Below are positions 20,291 through 30,677 of a DNA stretch of 64,000 nucleotides, one piece after another. The translations under genes and the position numbers were made by a program. The DNA lies in the NCBI GenBank assembly GCA_049518795.1, contig JBEKRK010000001.1, forward strand, positions 654,477-718,476, written 5' to 3'. This DNA comes from Sedimentisphaerales bacterium. Lineage in GTDB: Bacteria; Planctomycetota; Phycisphaerae; Sedimentisphaerales; UBA12454. The notes beneath the pieces are model-generated. The model searched no databases. It saw nothing but the letters and a program-made list of their open reading frames with translations, and had not been told where the DNA came from. Position 1 is the first letter of the stretch. Each line of letters starts with the position of its first letter.

Positions 20291-20306
20291 TTCAAGATTG
20301 ATTTTA

Positions 20307-20335
20307 TTGACAGTTATATCAATAACATATACAAT
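20307..20335 (+). promoter_or_regulatory. sigma70 promoter TTGACA-N17-TACAAT upstream of the NusG paralog (predicts a leaderless transcript)
   Basis: -35 at 20307-20312 and -10 at 20330-20335. The ATG at 20342 is 7 nt after the -10. Confidence 0.55.
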
Positions 20336-20341
20336 GTTTTT

Positions 20342-20896
20342 ATGCTAAAGCCTGAAGAAAATCCGCCAATGATATGGCCTGCCGGTTCGAGTTTAAAAGA
20401 CTTCCAGGGAACCTGGTGGGTTGCACATACTAAAAGCAGAAACGAAAAGGCCCTTGCCTGGCAGATGCAAAAGAAAAATATTAGTTATTTTTTGCCTCTG
20501 ACAGAAAAAGTTTACAGGAAAAGCCGAAGAGTGTTTCGTTCAATGCTGCCGCTGTTTGGCGGATATGTTTTTTTCTGCGGAAATGAAAATAACAGGTTAG
20601 ATGTGCTAAAGACAAACCGTGTTGCCGGGCTTTTGGAGGTAAAAAATCAGCAGCATTTGATTACGGAGCTTTTGCCGATTGAAAAGGCCCTTACAAGCGG
20701 CATAAACCTTGCGCCATACACCTATATCAAGGCGGGCCAGCGATGCAAGGTTATTGCAGGCCCTCTTATGGGAACGGAAGGTCTGGTTAGCAGCGACCAG
20801 AACAAGACAAGACTCATTCTCCAGGTCGATATACTCGGCAAGGCTACGTGTCTTGAAATAGATTCCGCTTTGCTCGAAGTGATTGGGGAAAACTGA
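20342..20896 (+). CDS. NusG paralog (RfaH/UpxY/LoaP-like transcription antiterminator)
   Basis: NGN-like start WWVAHTKSRNEKALAWQM and a C-terminal KOW-like GQRCKVIAGPLMGTEGLV. Sits at the head of the glycan cluster. Confidence 0.75.
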   Translation: MLKPEENPPMIWPAGSSLKDFQGTWWVAHTKSRNEKALAWQMQKKNISYFLPLTEKVYRKSRRVFRSMLPLFGGYVFFCGNENNRLDVLKTNRVAGLLEVKNQQHLITELLPIEKALTSGINLAPYTYIKAGQRCKVIAGPLMGTEGLVSSDQNKTRLILQVDILGKATCLEIDSALLEVIGEN

Positions 20897-20930
20897 TTTT
20901 TAAATGATATTTTTAACATGGAGGTGATTT

Positions 20931-21293
20931 ATGATTTTATTGCTGAAAATCATTGCAATTCTCATCATTCTCGATGGCATAGTGCTTCTATTTAGACCGG
21001 ATTTTTTGAAAAAATATATTGAGATATTCACCGGCGGAAAAAGAATTTACCTCGCTGCTGTTCTCAAGGCGGCAATTGGAGCGATTTTTCTCATTGGCGC
21101 TTCAGGATGCAAAATGCCCGCGGTGATAATTCTATTTGGAATTCTGGCGCTTGGCGGCGCAGTTTTTATCGTAATCAGCCCTCAAAAAGCCAGGGCTATG
21201 GCCGAATGGTTCGCGGCAAAAAATAATACGACTCTGCGGGTCTTGTCGATAATCTATATGCTTATCGGCGCCCTTTTGGTATCGTGCGTATAG
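20931..21293 (+). CDS. small membrane protein (about 4 TM; the N-terminus resembles DUF2065/YjeT)
   Basis: Strong SD ggaggtg upstream; hydrophobic throughout. Confidence 0.45.
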   Translation: MILLLKIIAILIILDGIVLLFRPDFLKKYIEIFTGGKRIYLAAVLKAAIGAIFLIGASGCKMPAVIILFGILALGGAVFIVISPQKARAMAEWFAAKNNTTLRVLSIIYMLIGALLVSCV

Positions 21294-21358
21294 TTATAAC
21301 TCCATTAAAATAAAATACTTATACGCATAAAATGGTTATATCTTTGTTGTAAATAATT

Positions 21359-21367
21359 TGATATAAT
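21359..21367 (+). promoter_or_regulatory. extended -10 element (TGaTATAAT) upstream of the GtrB-like GT2 gene
   Basis: TG at 21359-21360 and TATAAT at 21362-21367. Confidence 0.4.
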
Positions 21368-21394
21368 TCAACTTTTGGTAAGAAACTCATAATA

Positions 21395-22369
21395 ATGCAA
21401 AAAAATTTAGATATCTCGGTAATAGTTCCTGTCTATAACGAGCAGGAAAATCTGGAGAACATATATCAGCAGATTGTTGATGCCCTTGGGCTTAAATATT
21501 CATTCGAGATAATATTTGTCGATGATGGCAGCAAAGACGACAGCCAAAAAATTCTTGAAAAGATACATCAAAGAGATTCAAGGGTCAGGATAATTATATT
21601 CCGCAGAAATTTCGGCCAAACTGCAGCAATGAGCGCAGGTTTCAATCACGCAAAAGCCGAGATAATAGTTCCCCTCGACGCGGACGGTCAAAACGACCCT
21701 GCGGATATTCCGGCTCTGGTAGAAAAATTAAAAGAAGGCTACGACATAGTAAGCGGCTGGCGAAAAGACAGGAAAGACAAAACTATCAGCAGAAAAATCC
21801 CATCAATGACCGCAAACTGGATAATCGGGAAAATGACCGGCGTTAAGCTGCATGATTACGGCTGCAGTCTGAAAGCATACAGACGAGAAATACTCGATAC
21901 GATTAATTTATATGGCGAAATGCACAGATTTATCCCTGCTATTGCAAGCTGGTATGGGGCAAGAATTACGGAAATGGCAGTGAACCATCGGCCGAGAGTA
22001 ACAGGTGTCGCAAAATACGGCCTTGAAAGAACGGTTAAAGTCTTTCTTGACCTGATGACAATCAAATTTTTAGGTTCTTATGCCACTAAGCCCATATATA
22101 TCTTCGGCGGTATGGGGATTTTCAGCGGCATTGCCTCTGTCTTAATCGGGCTTTGCGTTCTATATAAGAAATATATAAGCTCCGAGCAATTGCCGATGAA
22201 CCGCAACCCGCTTCTGCTGCTTGCCGCACTGCTTATGATTACGACCGTTCAGCTTGTTCTTATGGGTCTGCTTGCGGAGATGATTGTCCGCACCTACCAC
22301 GAATCGCAAAAACGGCCGATATATGTGATTCGTAAAATCCTCGAATCATCCACGGGAGACGGTAAATGA
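21395..22369 (+). CDS. family 2 glycosyltransferase, polyprenyl-phosphate sugar synthase type (GtrB/ArnC/DPM1-like)
   Basis: ISVIVPVYNE, FVDDGSKD and LDADGQNDP motifs, plus two C-terminal TM helices. Confidence 0.88.
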   Translation: MQKNLDISVIVPVYNEQENLENIYQQIVDALGLKYSFEIIFVDDGSKDDSQKILEKIHQRDSRVRIIIFRRNFGQTAAMSAGFNHAKAEIIVPLDADGQNDPADIPALVEKLKEGYDIVSGWRKDRKDKTISRKIPSMTANWIIGKMTGVKLHDYGCSLKAYRREILDTINLYGEMHRFIPAIASWYGARITEMAVNHRPRVTGVAKYGLERTVKVFLDLMTIKFLGSYATKPIYIFGGMGIFSGIASVLIGLCVLYKKYISSEQLPMNRNPLLLLAALLMITTVQLVLMGLLAEMIVRTYHESQKRPIYVIRKILESSTGDGK

Positions 22370-24264
22370 CGAAGCTTCCTGCAAAAAGCAGGCAGCCGGA
22401 CAGGCCGGTGCATAAAAATAAAAAACCGGCCGCGACAACAGACAAAACCGGCTCGGAACTAACCGCTATTCTAATCGTTCTAATTTTTGCAGGAATCCCA
22501 TTTGCACTGGGACGATATTTTGAATTCAACTATCCGGACCCTTTCGACAGCGCCGCAAATGTTTATTCCGCTCAACATATTCTCAATGGAGCAAAAATCG
22601 GGATAGATGAAATACCAAGCGAAGCATTGGGAACATTGCTGGTTAATATTTTAGGTGTGAAGCTGTTTGGTTTTAGCGAATTCGGGCCGAAGCTGATTCA
22701 AACAATTATGCAGGCCGGCGCATTGATAATAATGTATATCGTCGTCAAAAAAATAATGGGCAAATTACCGGCGGCCGTCAGCGTAATTGTCGCTTCAATT
22801 TATCTTTCAGCTCCTTTTTTAGCAAAGTTCGGCAACGTCAAAGAACAGTTTATGATAGCCTGTATGGTAACGGCAGTAAGCCTATTTATACTCAGGCAAT
22901 CAGGCGGAGGCTGGTGGAACAGCTTGCTTACAGGAGTGTTTTTAAGCTGGGCACCTCTTTTTAAGGCAACGGGTATCTCCGCGATAGGGGCAATCGGATT
23001 ATTCGTTATATTGCAGCCGATATTTAAGAACAGGACATGGAAACAAACTGGAATTGACATCGTTTTACTGTTTGCAGGTTTTCTGGCGGCAATGGCGCCA
23101 CTATATATCTGGACAATATATATATGGATAATAGGATGGAAAGTTGAATGGGTGGTGCCGTATTACTTCGTATGGGAAAACATCAGGGGATTTCTGCCGG
23201 CACATCAGGCAGCACAGGCAGCGGCGCCGCAGGCAGAATCTTTTGTCTCTTCTTTAAGAGCGGTAATGCCTTTTTCCGAGCAGTGGCCGAGAGTGCTGCG
23301 ATTTTATCTCGCACTTAGTGTCCCAGTCTTTTTGGCTATCATTTCAATTTTGGCAAGATTATTTGGTAAGCCTATTGCAAAATTGTTACATACTTCTTTT
23401 CCAAACAATTACGACAAATTTGTTTTGCTGTTAGGGCTTTGGTGGGTCTTCGATATGGGGCTTGTTTGGGTAAGCGCAGCTTCTTATGAACAATATTACC
23501 TGCCTCTGACCGCTTCAGGCGCTATGACAGGCAGTTATCTAATAGCTGTTTGGCGAGATACACTCGCTAAAGCGGTAATTAAAACAAAATGGGTTTTTGC
23601 CGGAATAGCTGGCGTAGTCTTGATGATAATTATGTCCTGGCATATATTTTTCGGTCTTCCGAGAAGTCCATATTCAGGTGTAATATATCATGAAAAACGG
23701 AATGGCTATGCTCAGCGATGGAACGAAATTGAGCAGCGCAAAAGCAGAGGCTGGAAAGGTTCGTGGGAAACAACGGGCGAATACATACGGACAAATACTC
23801 AGCCGAACGACAAAATTTATGTATGGGGCTGGGTGCCGGGTATATATTTGTCGGCACAGAGATTCTGCCCCGCTCCTGTCGCATTTGAAAGTGAAATGCA
23901 TACCAAATCCCCACAGCAGCTTGAACAGATGATTGACGAGCTTCTTAGTTATTTCAAAAAAGATATGCCCAAATATATTGTTGATGCCAGAAAGCAGCAT
24001 TTGCCGCTGAATCGTTTTAAATTCGAGCTTTGGCCAATTATAGGCTATTCGAGTCAGGGACAGCCGCAATTTTTGCCGCCAGACCCGCAAATGGTGGAAA
24101 AATTTGAACAACAATGGGAGCAGATAACCCGTGAAAGATTCGGAGACGATGAGGCCAAAAGATTTGAGATTATGGGCAAATTCAGGAAGTTTATAAGAGA
24201 TAATTATGATATAGTTCAAATGTTCGGCGATTGTGTTGTATTTAAGCTCAAGAACAGTAAATGA
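22366..24264 (+). CDS. large polytopic GT-C-like glycosyltransferase (ArnT/PMT-like) with a C-terminal soluble domain
   Basis: 632 aa with more than 10 predicted TM helices. Translationally coupled to the GtrB-like gene, the classic GtrB plus GT-C pairing. Confidence 0.6.
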   Translation: MTKLPAKSRQPDRPVHKNKKPAATTDKTGSELTAILIVLIFAGIPFALGRYFEFNYPDPFDSAANVYSAQHILNGAKIGIDEIPSEALGTLLVNILGVKLFGFSEFGPKLIQTIMQAGALIIMYIVVKKIMGKLPAAVSVIVASIYLSAPFLAKFGNVKEQFMIACMVTAVSLFILRQSGGGWWNSLLTGVFLSWAPLFKATGISAIGAIGLFVILQPIFKNRTWKQTGIDIVLLFAGFLAAMAPLYIWTIYIWIIGWKVEWVVPYYFVWENIRGFLPAHQAAQAAAPQAESFVSSLRAVMPFSEQWPRVLRFYLALSVPVFLAIISILARLFGKPIAKLLHTSFPNNYDKFVLLLGLWWVFDMGLVWVSAASYEQYYLPLTASGAMTGSYLIAVWRDTLAKAVIKTKWVFAGIAGVVLMIIMSWHIFFGLPRSPYSGVIYHEKRNGYAQRWNEIEQRKSRGWKGSWETTGEYIRTNTQPNDKIYVWGWVPGIYLSAQRFCPAPVAFESEMHTKSPQQLEQMIDELLSYFKKDMPKYIVDARKQHLPLNRFKFELWPIIGYSSQGQPQFLPPDPQMVEKFEQQWEQITRERFGDDEAKRFEIMGKFRKFIRDNYDIVQMFGDCVVFKLKNSK

Positions 24265-25397
24265 ATATTTTAATGTTAAATTATGAATTTCCTCCAATCG
24301 GGGGCGGTGCAGGCAAGGTGCATTTGAATATACTTAGGGAATATTCAAAGCAAAATGACCTCAATATCGATGTGCTTACTTCGGCGCCGCAGCCGCCAAA
24401 CCAGATTATCAAACTCTACGATAATATAAACATTCATAAAGTCGGAGTTCATAAAAAAAATCTGCATTTCTGGAGAAAAATTGAAATTCTTGAGTGGCTT
24501 GTCAAGGCCGGCGTTTATTATAAAAAACTAATTAAGAGTAAAAAATATGATATTGTTCATTCGTTTTTCGGTTTCCCAACAGGCTGGTTCTGCTATAAAA
24601 GCAGAAAAAAAATACCATATATAATCTCGCTAAGGGGTTCGGATGTTCCCGGAAAAAATTTAAGATTTGCATTCGAATACAAACTGCTGGGACTTGCATT
24701 TAAAGCTATCTGGAAAAACGCATCCTGTTTGGTAGCGTGCAGCGAGGGTCTGAAACAGCGGGCATTAAGATTCTACCCACAAGTAAAAATAGAGGTTATA
24801 CCCAATGGCGTTGACATCGAGAAATTTTACCCTATATCTGAAAACAGAACAAAAAAATCCGATTTAATCAGACTTATCACAGTCGGCAGACTCAGCATTA
24901 CCAAAAGGGTCAATATTCTAACAGATGCAGTAAAAATTCTTGTCGGACAGGGAAAAAACGTCAAGCTGCTTGTTGTCGGCGGAGGCTCGCTTAAAGATTC
25001 CCTTGAAAAAACCGCCGCCCGGAAAAATCTTTCCAATTATATTGAATTCAGGGGCATTGTGGACTCGGAACAAATGCCTCAATTTTATCAAAACAGCGAT
25101 TTGTATGTCAGCGCAACAATGCAGGAAGGAATGAGCAATGCTATGCTTGAAGCAATGGCCTGCGGCCTGCCGATTATAACAACTCCCTGCGAGGGCGTTG
25201 ACGAACTAATTAAAGGAAATGGCGTAATAGTCAAGAAAGAAACGGCGGGCGGAATCGCAAAGGCAATATCAGAGCTGGTTATGAACACCGAAAAACTGGA
25301 GTCGATGTCCAAGGCAGCGAGAAAACACGCTGAAAATTTCACCTGGAAATCTATTTCGCAGACTTATCTGAATTTTTATCAGAAGATTTTATCATGA
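24261..25397 (+). CDS. family 4 (GT-B) glycosyltransferase
   Basis: The N-terminus reads EFPPIGGGAG; the C-terminus reads SATMQEGMSNAMLEAMACGLPIITT (EX7E region). Confidence 0.85.
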   Translation: MNILMLNYEFPPIGGGAGKVHLNILREYSKQNDLNIDVLTSAPQPPNQIIKLYDNINIHKVGVHKKNLHFWRKIEILEWLVKAGVYYKKLIKSKKYDIVHSFFGFPTGWFCYKSRKKIPYIISLRGSDVPGKNLRFAFEYKLLGLAFKAIWKNASCLVACSEGLKQRALRFYPQVKIEVIPNGVDIEKFYPISENRTKKSDLIRLITVGRLSITKRVNILTDAVKILVGQGKNVKLLVVGGGSLKDSLEKTAARKNLSNYIEFRGIVDSEQMPQFYQNSDLYVSATMQEGMSNAMLEAMACGLPIITTPCEGVDELIKGNGVIVKKETAGGIAKAISELVMNTEKLESMSKAARKHAENFTWKSISQTYLNFYQKILS

Positions 25398-26314
25398 AAA
25401 CATATTGTATAACCATTGATACCGAACCAGACTGTGATATTCACTGGAAAAGGTCGCAGCCACTGACTTTTGAATCTGTTTTGTTCGGTATTCCGAATAT
25501 TTTAAGGCCTATCTGGGACTTATATGACATCAGGCCGGTATATTTTGTTTCGCCGGAAGTAATCAATAATGTCCAATGCTGTCAGGTGCTAAAAAATGAG
25601 ATTAAGTCCGGAGCAGAAATAGGCACACATTTACATTCAGAATATATAGAACCACAAATGAAATTTACACAAGCCGATGGAACCGCAAGCAATGAATTCC
25701 CCTGTATCGCGTATAGTGATGATGTCGAATTTGAAAAAATAAAAAATCTTACAGATTTGATAAAGCAAAAATTGAATATCCAGCCAGTCTCTTACAGGGC
25801 AGCAAGATATGGAGCGGATTTGGCAACAATAAAGTCCCTCGAAAAGCTGGGTTATAAAGTTGACAGTTCTGTTACGCCAAATACCAATTGGTCCTATGCA
25901 GGAGGTCCAAATCATTCAACTGCACCAAAACAGCCGTATTTTATCAGCGACGATAATATGTATAAGTCCGGCAGTATGAAAATCCTTGAAGTGCCGATTA
26001 CTGTTTCCAAAAAACGATTCCCTTTCCTGCCTGATAAATGGTTGTTTACTCGCTGGCTAAGGCCGACACATATGACCGTTTTCGAGATGAAAATGGTTGT
26101 AAACGAATTTCTTGCAAATTTTGAAAATCCTGTTTTAAATATGATGTTTCACTCGATGGAAATAATACCCGGCAAGACGCCATTTGTCCGGACAAAGTTC
26201 GGACAAAAACTTTTTATTCGCAGGCTTGAAAAAATCATACAATACATAATGAAAAAAGGTTTTAAAAACAAGACTTTGGCTTCTGTTTATGCGGAGCAAA
26301 TATGTGCGGGATAG
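25394..26314 (+). CDS. polysaccharide deacetylase-like protein (WalW-like)
   Basis: ITIDTEPD and GTHLHSE motifs resemble NodB-type metal sites. Assignment is tentative. Confidence 0.5.
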   Translation: MKTYCITIDTEPDCDIHWKRSQPLTFESVLFGIPNILRPIWDLYDIRPVYFVSPEVINNVQCCQVLKNEIKSGAEIGTHLHSEYIEPQMKFTQADGTASNEFPCIAYSDDVEFEKIKNLTDLIKQKLNIQPVSYRAARYGADLATIKSLEKLGYKVDSSVTPNTNWSYAGGPNHSTAPKQPYFISDDNMYKSGSMKILEVPITVSKKRFPFLPDKWLFTRWLRPTHMTVFEMKMVVNEFLANFENPVLNMMFHSMEIIPGKTPFVRTKFGQKLFIRRLEKIIQYIMKKGFKNKTLASVYAEQICAG

Positions 26315-28125
26315 CCGGCTTTAACTGGTCAAGTCAGGAAGCAGCCGAAAAGATGACTGTTACTCTGCGCCACAGAGGGCCGGACGATAATGGTATTTTT
26401 ACGGATACAAATGTTTCGCTGGGACATACAAGATTATCCATCCTCGACCTTTCACCAAAAGGCCATCAGCCTATGGAATCACAAGACCTTGTCCTTGTAT
26501 ATAATGGGGAAATATATAATTTCAAAGAGCTGAAAAATCAGCTCGAATTAAAAGGTTATCAGTTTAACTCCGGAACGGATACGGAAGTTTTATTATACAG
26601 TTATCACTGCTGGGGGCCGTCCTGCGCTGAAAAATTCGATGGTATGTGGGCGTTTTGTATATACGACAAAAAGAAAAACATTCTTTTTCTTTCGAGGGAC
26701 AGGTTCGGAATAAAACCTCTTTATTACTACTTCGACGGCAGCAGGTTTATCTTTGCTTCAGAAATAAAGGCAATAAAAACTCATAACATAAATCTCAAAA
26801 TAGACACTCGTGCCGTCAATTTCTTCTTTTACCAGAAATATATCGGAAATAATCTGACGATATTTAAAAATTGCTTTAAACTCAGGCCTTCTGAGAATTT
26901 ATTTTTTGATTTAAACCGCAAAGAAATCCGTCTGGAAAAATATTATAATCTTCTTGAAGATATAGCCCACCATCAGGCAATACCGCTTGAACAAAGGCTC
27001 GAATCGATTGAAAGCACGTTGACCCAAGCGGTTGAGGAAAGACTCGTGGCGGATGTGCCGGTGGGGAGCTTCCTGTCCGGCGGAATAGACTCTTCGCTGA
27101 TTTCCGCTATTATCAGCCAAAGACACAAAGCTTTTGATACTTTTTCCATTGGCTTTAAAGACGAATCGTATGACGAGCTAAAATACTCGATATTCGTTTC
27201 GGATTATATTCATACTAAACATCATTATGAGTATATGGAAGTCGATGAAAATGTTCTTAAATTTGTTCTGGAAAATATGGATGAACCGTTCGGGGATTCT
27301 TCCTTATTGCCGACATATTTACTTTCTAAAATAACCCGTCAAAAAGTAACTGTTGCCCTGTCAGGTGATGCCGGCGATGAGGTTTTCGGCGGTTATGATA
27401 CCTATAAAGGTTATAAATACGCTAAATATTTCCCAACTGCTCTGCTGAAATCGGCAAGATATTGTGCTGATTTAATTGCCCCTTCTGAAAAAAAAGTAAC
27501 ATTTGCTTTTAAGACAAAGAGATTCCTGCGGGATTTCGAAGCAGAGGTCAATAGAAGGCATTTAGACTGGATGGCAACTTTTAACGATTTACAGAGGCAG
27601 AAACTACTTAATCAGAATTTCGTCCCTGCTGAATCCTTGATTGATTGCGACTATGGGACAGACCTTCTATCTATTCAGCTTAACGATATACACAACTATC
27701 TTGCGGAAGATATTCTTAAAAAGGTCGATATTGCCTCTATGCTGAATTCTCTTGAGGCGCGGGTGCCTTTTCTCGACCATCAATTGCTTCCGCTTGTTTT
27801 AAGCCTGCCGGAGAAATACAAAATTAGTCTATTCGAAACAAAACGGATTTTGAAAAAAATCGCTGCAAAATATCTGCCTGAAAATATAATCCATCGACCA
27901 AAAAGAGGGTTTACAGTTCCGATTTCCAAATGGATAAGGCAAAGTGAGTTAATTGGCAATTTTTTAACCAACGCTGATTTTTATAAACATAATTTTCTGA
28001 ATTATGATTATGTTCAAACTCTCTTTAAATCCCATACAGACAAAAGTCAGGATAACGCCAGAGAATTATGGCTTGTGTTTATTTTTAATTACTGGATGAA
28101 TAAAAATTCCAAATATATAAGATAA
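26302..28125 (+). CDS. asnB: asparagine synthase (glutamine-hydrolysing) family amidotransferase
   Basis: N-terminal MCGIAGF Ntn nucleophile and the SGGIDSS PP-loop. 607 aa. Confidence 0.9.
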   Translation: MCGIAGFNWSSQEAAEKMTVTLRHRGPDDNGIFTDTNVSLGHTRLSILDLSPKGHQPMESQDLVLVYNGEIYNFKELKNQLELKGYQFNSGTDTEVLLYSYHCWGPSCAEKFDGMWAFCIYDKKKNILFLSRDRFGIKPLYYYFDGSRFIFASEIKAIKTHNINLKIDTRAVNFFFYQKYIGNNLTIFKNCFKLRPSENLFFDLNRKEIRLEKYYNLLEDIAHHQAIPLEQRLESIESTLTQAVEERLVADVPVGSFLSGGIDSSLISAIISQRHKAFDTFSIGFKDESYDELKYSIFVSDYIHTKHHYEYMEVDENVLKFVLENMDEPFGDSSLLPTYLLSKITRQKVTVALSGDAGDEVFGGYDTYKGYKYAKYFPTALLKSARYCADLIAPSEKKVTFAFKTKRFLRDFEAEVNRRHLDWMATFNDLQRQKLLNQNFVPAESLIDCDYGTDLLSIQLNDIHNYLAEDILKKVDIASMLNSLEARVPFLDHQLLPLVLSLPEKYKISLFETKRILKKIAAKYLPENIIHRPKRGFTVPISKWIRQSELIGNFLTNADFYKHNFLNYDYVQTLFKSHTDKSQDNARELWLVFIFNYWMNKNSKYIR

Positions 28126-28691
28126 TGGAAAATTACGAAAGATATAAAAATATAACTGCTGACTCCTACGAGAAAAAAAGGATTATGTATTATCTTTGCC
28201 AGATTCCCTCAGATAAAAAAATTCTCGATGTCGGCTGCGGCAGCGGTCTCTATACAAAATTTTTAATTAAAAAAAACAAAGTCGTCGGCATTGACCAGAA
28301 TCCTCATCTTTGCAGACTGTCTATCCCCTTGCACAAAGGCGACGCGACACAACTTTCAAAGATTATCGGTGATGAAAAATTCGATATGGTGTTCTCAACT
28401 TGGATGACAAAATACCTGAATCCTGAGCAATTAAGCGCCTTTTTAAGTGAGGCCGAAAAAGTTTTAAACAAACAGGGAATTTTTATAAGCACATTTATTT
28501 CAAATTATTGCCTTGGATGTGCATACATAAAATTTGCAAAACAATTGAAAAATGTCGATAAACACCGCTATAGCAAAAAACAGATATCGGAACTTATCGA
28601 CCGGGTAGGTTTCAGAAATATTGAAATCATCAATATAAACTCCCGGTTGAATATTCCATGGGCATATCTGGCAACCGCGGAGAAAATTTGA
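28125..28691 (+). CDS. class I SAM-dependent methyltransferase
   Basis: Motif I ILDVGCGSGLYT. Confidence 0.8.
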   Translation: MENYERYKNITADSYEKKRIMYYLCQIPSDKKILDVGCGSGLYTKFLIKKNKVVGIDQNPHLCRLSIPLHKGDATQLSKIIGDEKFDMVFSTWMTKYLNPEQLSAFLSEAEKVLNKQGIFISTFISNYCLGCAYIKFAKQLKNVDKHRYSKKQISELIDRVGFRNIEIININSRLNIPWAYLATAEKI

Positions 28692-28705
28692 AGCAGAGAA
28701 ACAAT

Positions 28706-29476
28706 ATGGAACGAGGAATCTCAACAGAACAAAGGGCACACGAACAACTTCAATCCTTTCTGTCCGATTGTAATATTGAAAACCCCCAAGGCAAAAAAAC
28801 ACTGGAAATCGGTTTCAAGAATGGCCTATTTCTCGATGAATGCCGCAAAGCTGGCTTAATAGCAACCGGATTGGAGATAAACAAAGAATACCTTGAAAAA
28901 GTTAAAAAAGAATTTCCTCATCTCGATTTGCGATGGTATGATGGCGGCAAATTCCCCATCCCTGACAATTATTTCGACTTTGTCGTTTCTTTCCAGGTTC
29001 TGGAACATGTCAATTCGACAGAACATATTATTAAAGAATGTTTAAGAGTCCTAAAAGACGGCGGCATTATGTACCATATTTGTCCCAATTACCATTCTTT
29101 CTACGAGGGTCATTATCAGGTTTTCTGGCTCCCATTTTTAAATAAGAAAACAGCTCGTATATACCTGAAACTGCTCGGCCATTACACGTCTTACTTTGAA
29201 GGGCTTAACATTATTAAACCGAAGCATATAATAAAAGTCTTCAAAAAATATCAAAATGAGCTGGAAATGATTTCATTGGGAAAAAAGGAATTTATTAGGA
29301 AATTCAACCCTGAACAAATAGAGAAAGTAAATCAGCGTTTCCTGAAGAAATGCCTGAAAGTATTGAACGCTATCCCTGCAATTAAAAAATGTTTCCTTTG
29401 GACAGCTTGTGCAACCGGATTTTATTATCCGATTACCGTGATTTCCAGGAAAAAAACCTCATTTCAGGAAAAATGA
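28706..29476 (+). CDS. class I SAM-dependent methyltransferase
   Basis: LEIGFKNG, and FDFVVSFQVLEHV. I chose the internal ATG at 28706 to avoid overlap with the upstream gene; the 28658 start is not excluded. Confidence 0.7.
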   Translation: MERGISTEQRAHEQLQSFLSDCNIENPQGKKTLEIGFKNGLFLDECRKAGLIATGLEINKEYLEKVKKEFPHLDLRWYDGGKFPIPDNYFDFVVSFQVLEHVNSTEHIIKECLRVLKDGGIMYHICPNYHSFYEGHYQVFWLPFLNKKTARIYLKLLGHYTSYFEGLNIIKPKHIIKVFKKYQNELEMISLGKKEFIRKFNPEQIEKVNQRFLKKCLKVLNAIPAIKKCFLWTACATGFYYPITVISRKKTSFQEK

Positions 29477-29477
29477 A

Positions 29478-30581
29478 GTGATAAATAATGCTAAAATTCG
29501 CGTTTGTTTTATCGCCCCTAAGGGGTATCCCATATTTAATCCCAATGTGGGGACTTATTTTGGGGGGGCGGAGGTTGACCTCTATTATCTGGCAACTGAA
29601 CTGGCTAAAGACAATGCGTTTGAAGTCAGCTTCATTGTTGCCGATTACGGGCAACCTAATGAGGAATTTATCGAAAATGTAAGAGTGATAAAAACGATAG
29701 ATTTCAAAAAACCTGTTAAGGGTATTTTTAAGGTCTGGAATGGTCTGAAATCGGCTAATGCCGATATTTACTTCCTCAAGTGCGCTTCACCTGGTGTGCC
29801 GCTGGTTGCGTGGTTTTGCAAATTGTATAAGCGGATATTTGTTTACCGGCTCGCCAGTCTGCTTGAGAGTAACGGCACTTATGTCAGACAGCATCCCATT
29901 TGGGGAAAATTGTTTGCCTGGTCATTGAAACGGGCAGACTTAGTCTTTGCCCAGAATGCAATTGACGTTGAAAATCTGACCAGAACTATGAATATTTCTT
30001 CACAAGTCATCCCCAACGGCCATCCCCTGCCGCCAATGCAGCAACAACCCCGCGATACGATTCTGTGGGTCGGCCGTGATGACCCAATCAAAAAACCCGA
30101 ACGGTTTCTCGACTTGGCCAAGGCCGTTCCAAATGAACATTTCACTATTGTGTGCCAGACGTTCAACGACGACCAGAACTATGCGAATCTTGTTACACGG
30201 GCCGGTAAAATCCCCAATCTGACATTTATTCGACATGTCCCCTTCAATAAAATTGACGCTTACTTTCAGCGTGCCAAAATATTCGTCAATACCAGCGACG
30301 CGGAGGGCTTCCCAAATACATTCATCCAGGCCTGCAAATCCAGCACAGCGATACTGTCTTTCAAGGTAAATCCTAACGGTTTTCTGGACACCCACGCTTG
30401 TGGTTTGTGTTGCAATGGCGACTTCAGTCGGCTAATATATAACCTGCGGTTTATGCTGGAAAACAATCGCTATGTCGAGTATAATTCCAATGCCCGCAGA
30501 TATGTCGAGCAGTATCATGACATAGTGAAAATTGCTGCCGAGTATAAGTTCATCTTTACACGGTTGGCCAAAAATCGATAA
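29478..30581 (+). CDS. family 4 glycosyltransferase
   Basis: GTG start 1 nt after the previous stop. N-terminal FGGAEVDLYYLA; C-terminal NTSDAEGFPNTFIQA. Confidence 0.75.
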   Translation: MINNAKIRVCFIAPKGYPIFNPNVGTYFGGAEVDLYYLATELAKDNAFEVSFIVADYGQPNEEFIENVRVIKTIDFKKPVKGIFKVWNGLKSANADIYFLKCASPGVPLVAWFCKLYKRIFVYRLASLLESNGTYVRQHPIWGKLFAWSLKRADLVFAQNAIDVENLTRTMNISSQVIPNGHPLPPMQQQPRDTILWVGRDDPIKKPERFLDLAKAVPNEHFTIVCQTFNDDQNYANLVTRAGKIPNLTFIRHVPFNKIDAYFQRAKIFVNTSDAEGFPNTFIQACKSSTAILSFKVNPNGFLDTHACGLCCNGDFSRLIYNLRFMLENNRYVEYNSNARRYVEQYHDIVKIAAEYKFIFTRLAKNR

Positions 30582-30677
30582 CCAGCACAGCTGTCCGATG
30601 TCCCCGGCAGCGTCTGAAAAAGCTATCAAAAAGTAATATGGATATACAAAAGGAAAAAGTTTGGATGGTGTCGGGAT

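Noticed and set aside
23674-24297. 207-aa minus-strand ORF
   Set aside because: It is antisense to the GT-C-like membrane protein gene and the GT4 start. It has no motif or SD. Shadow ORF.
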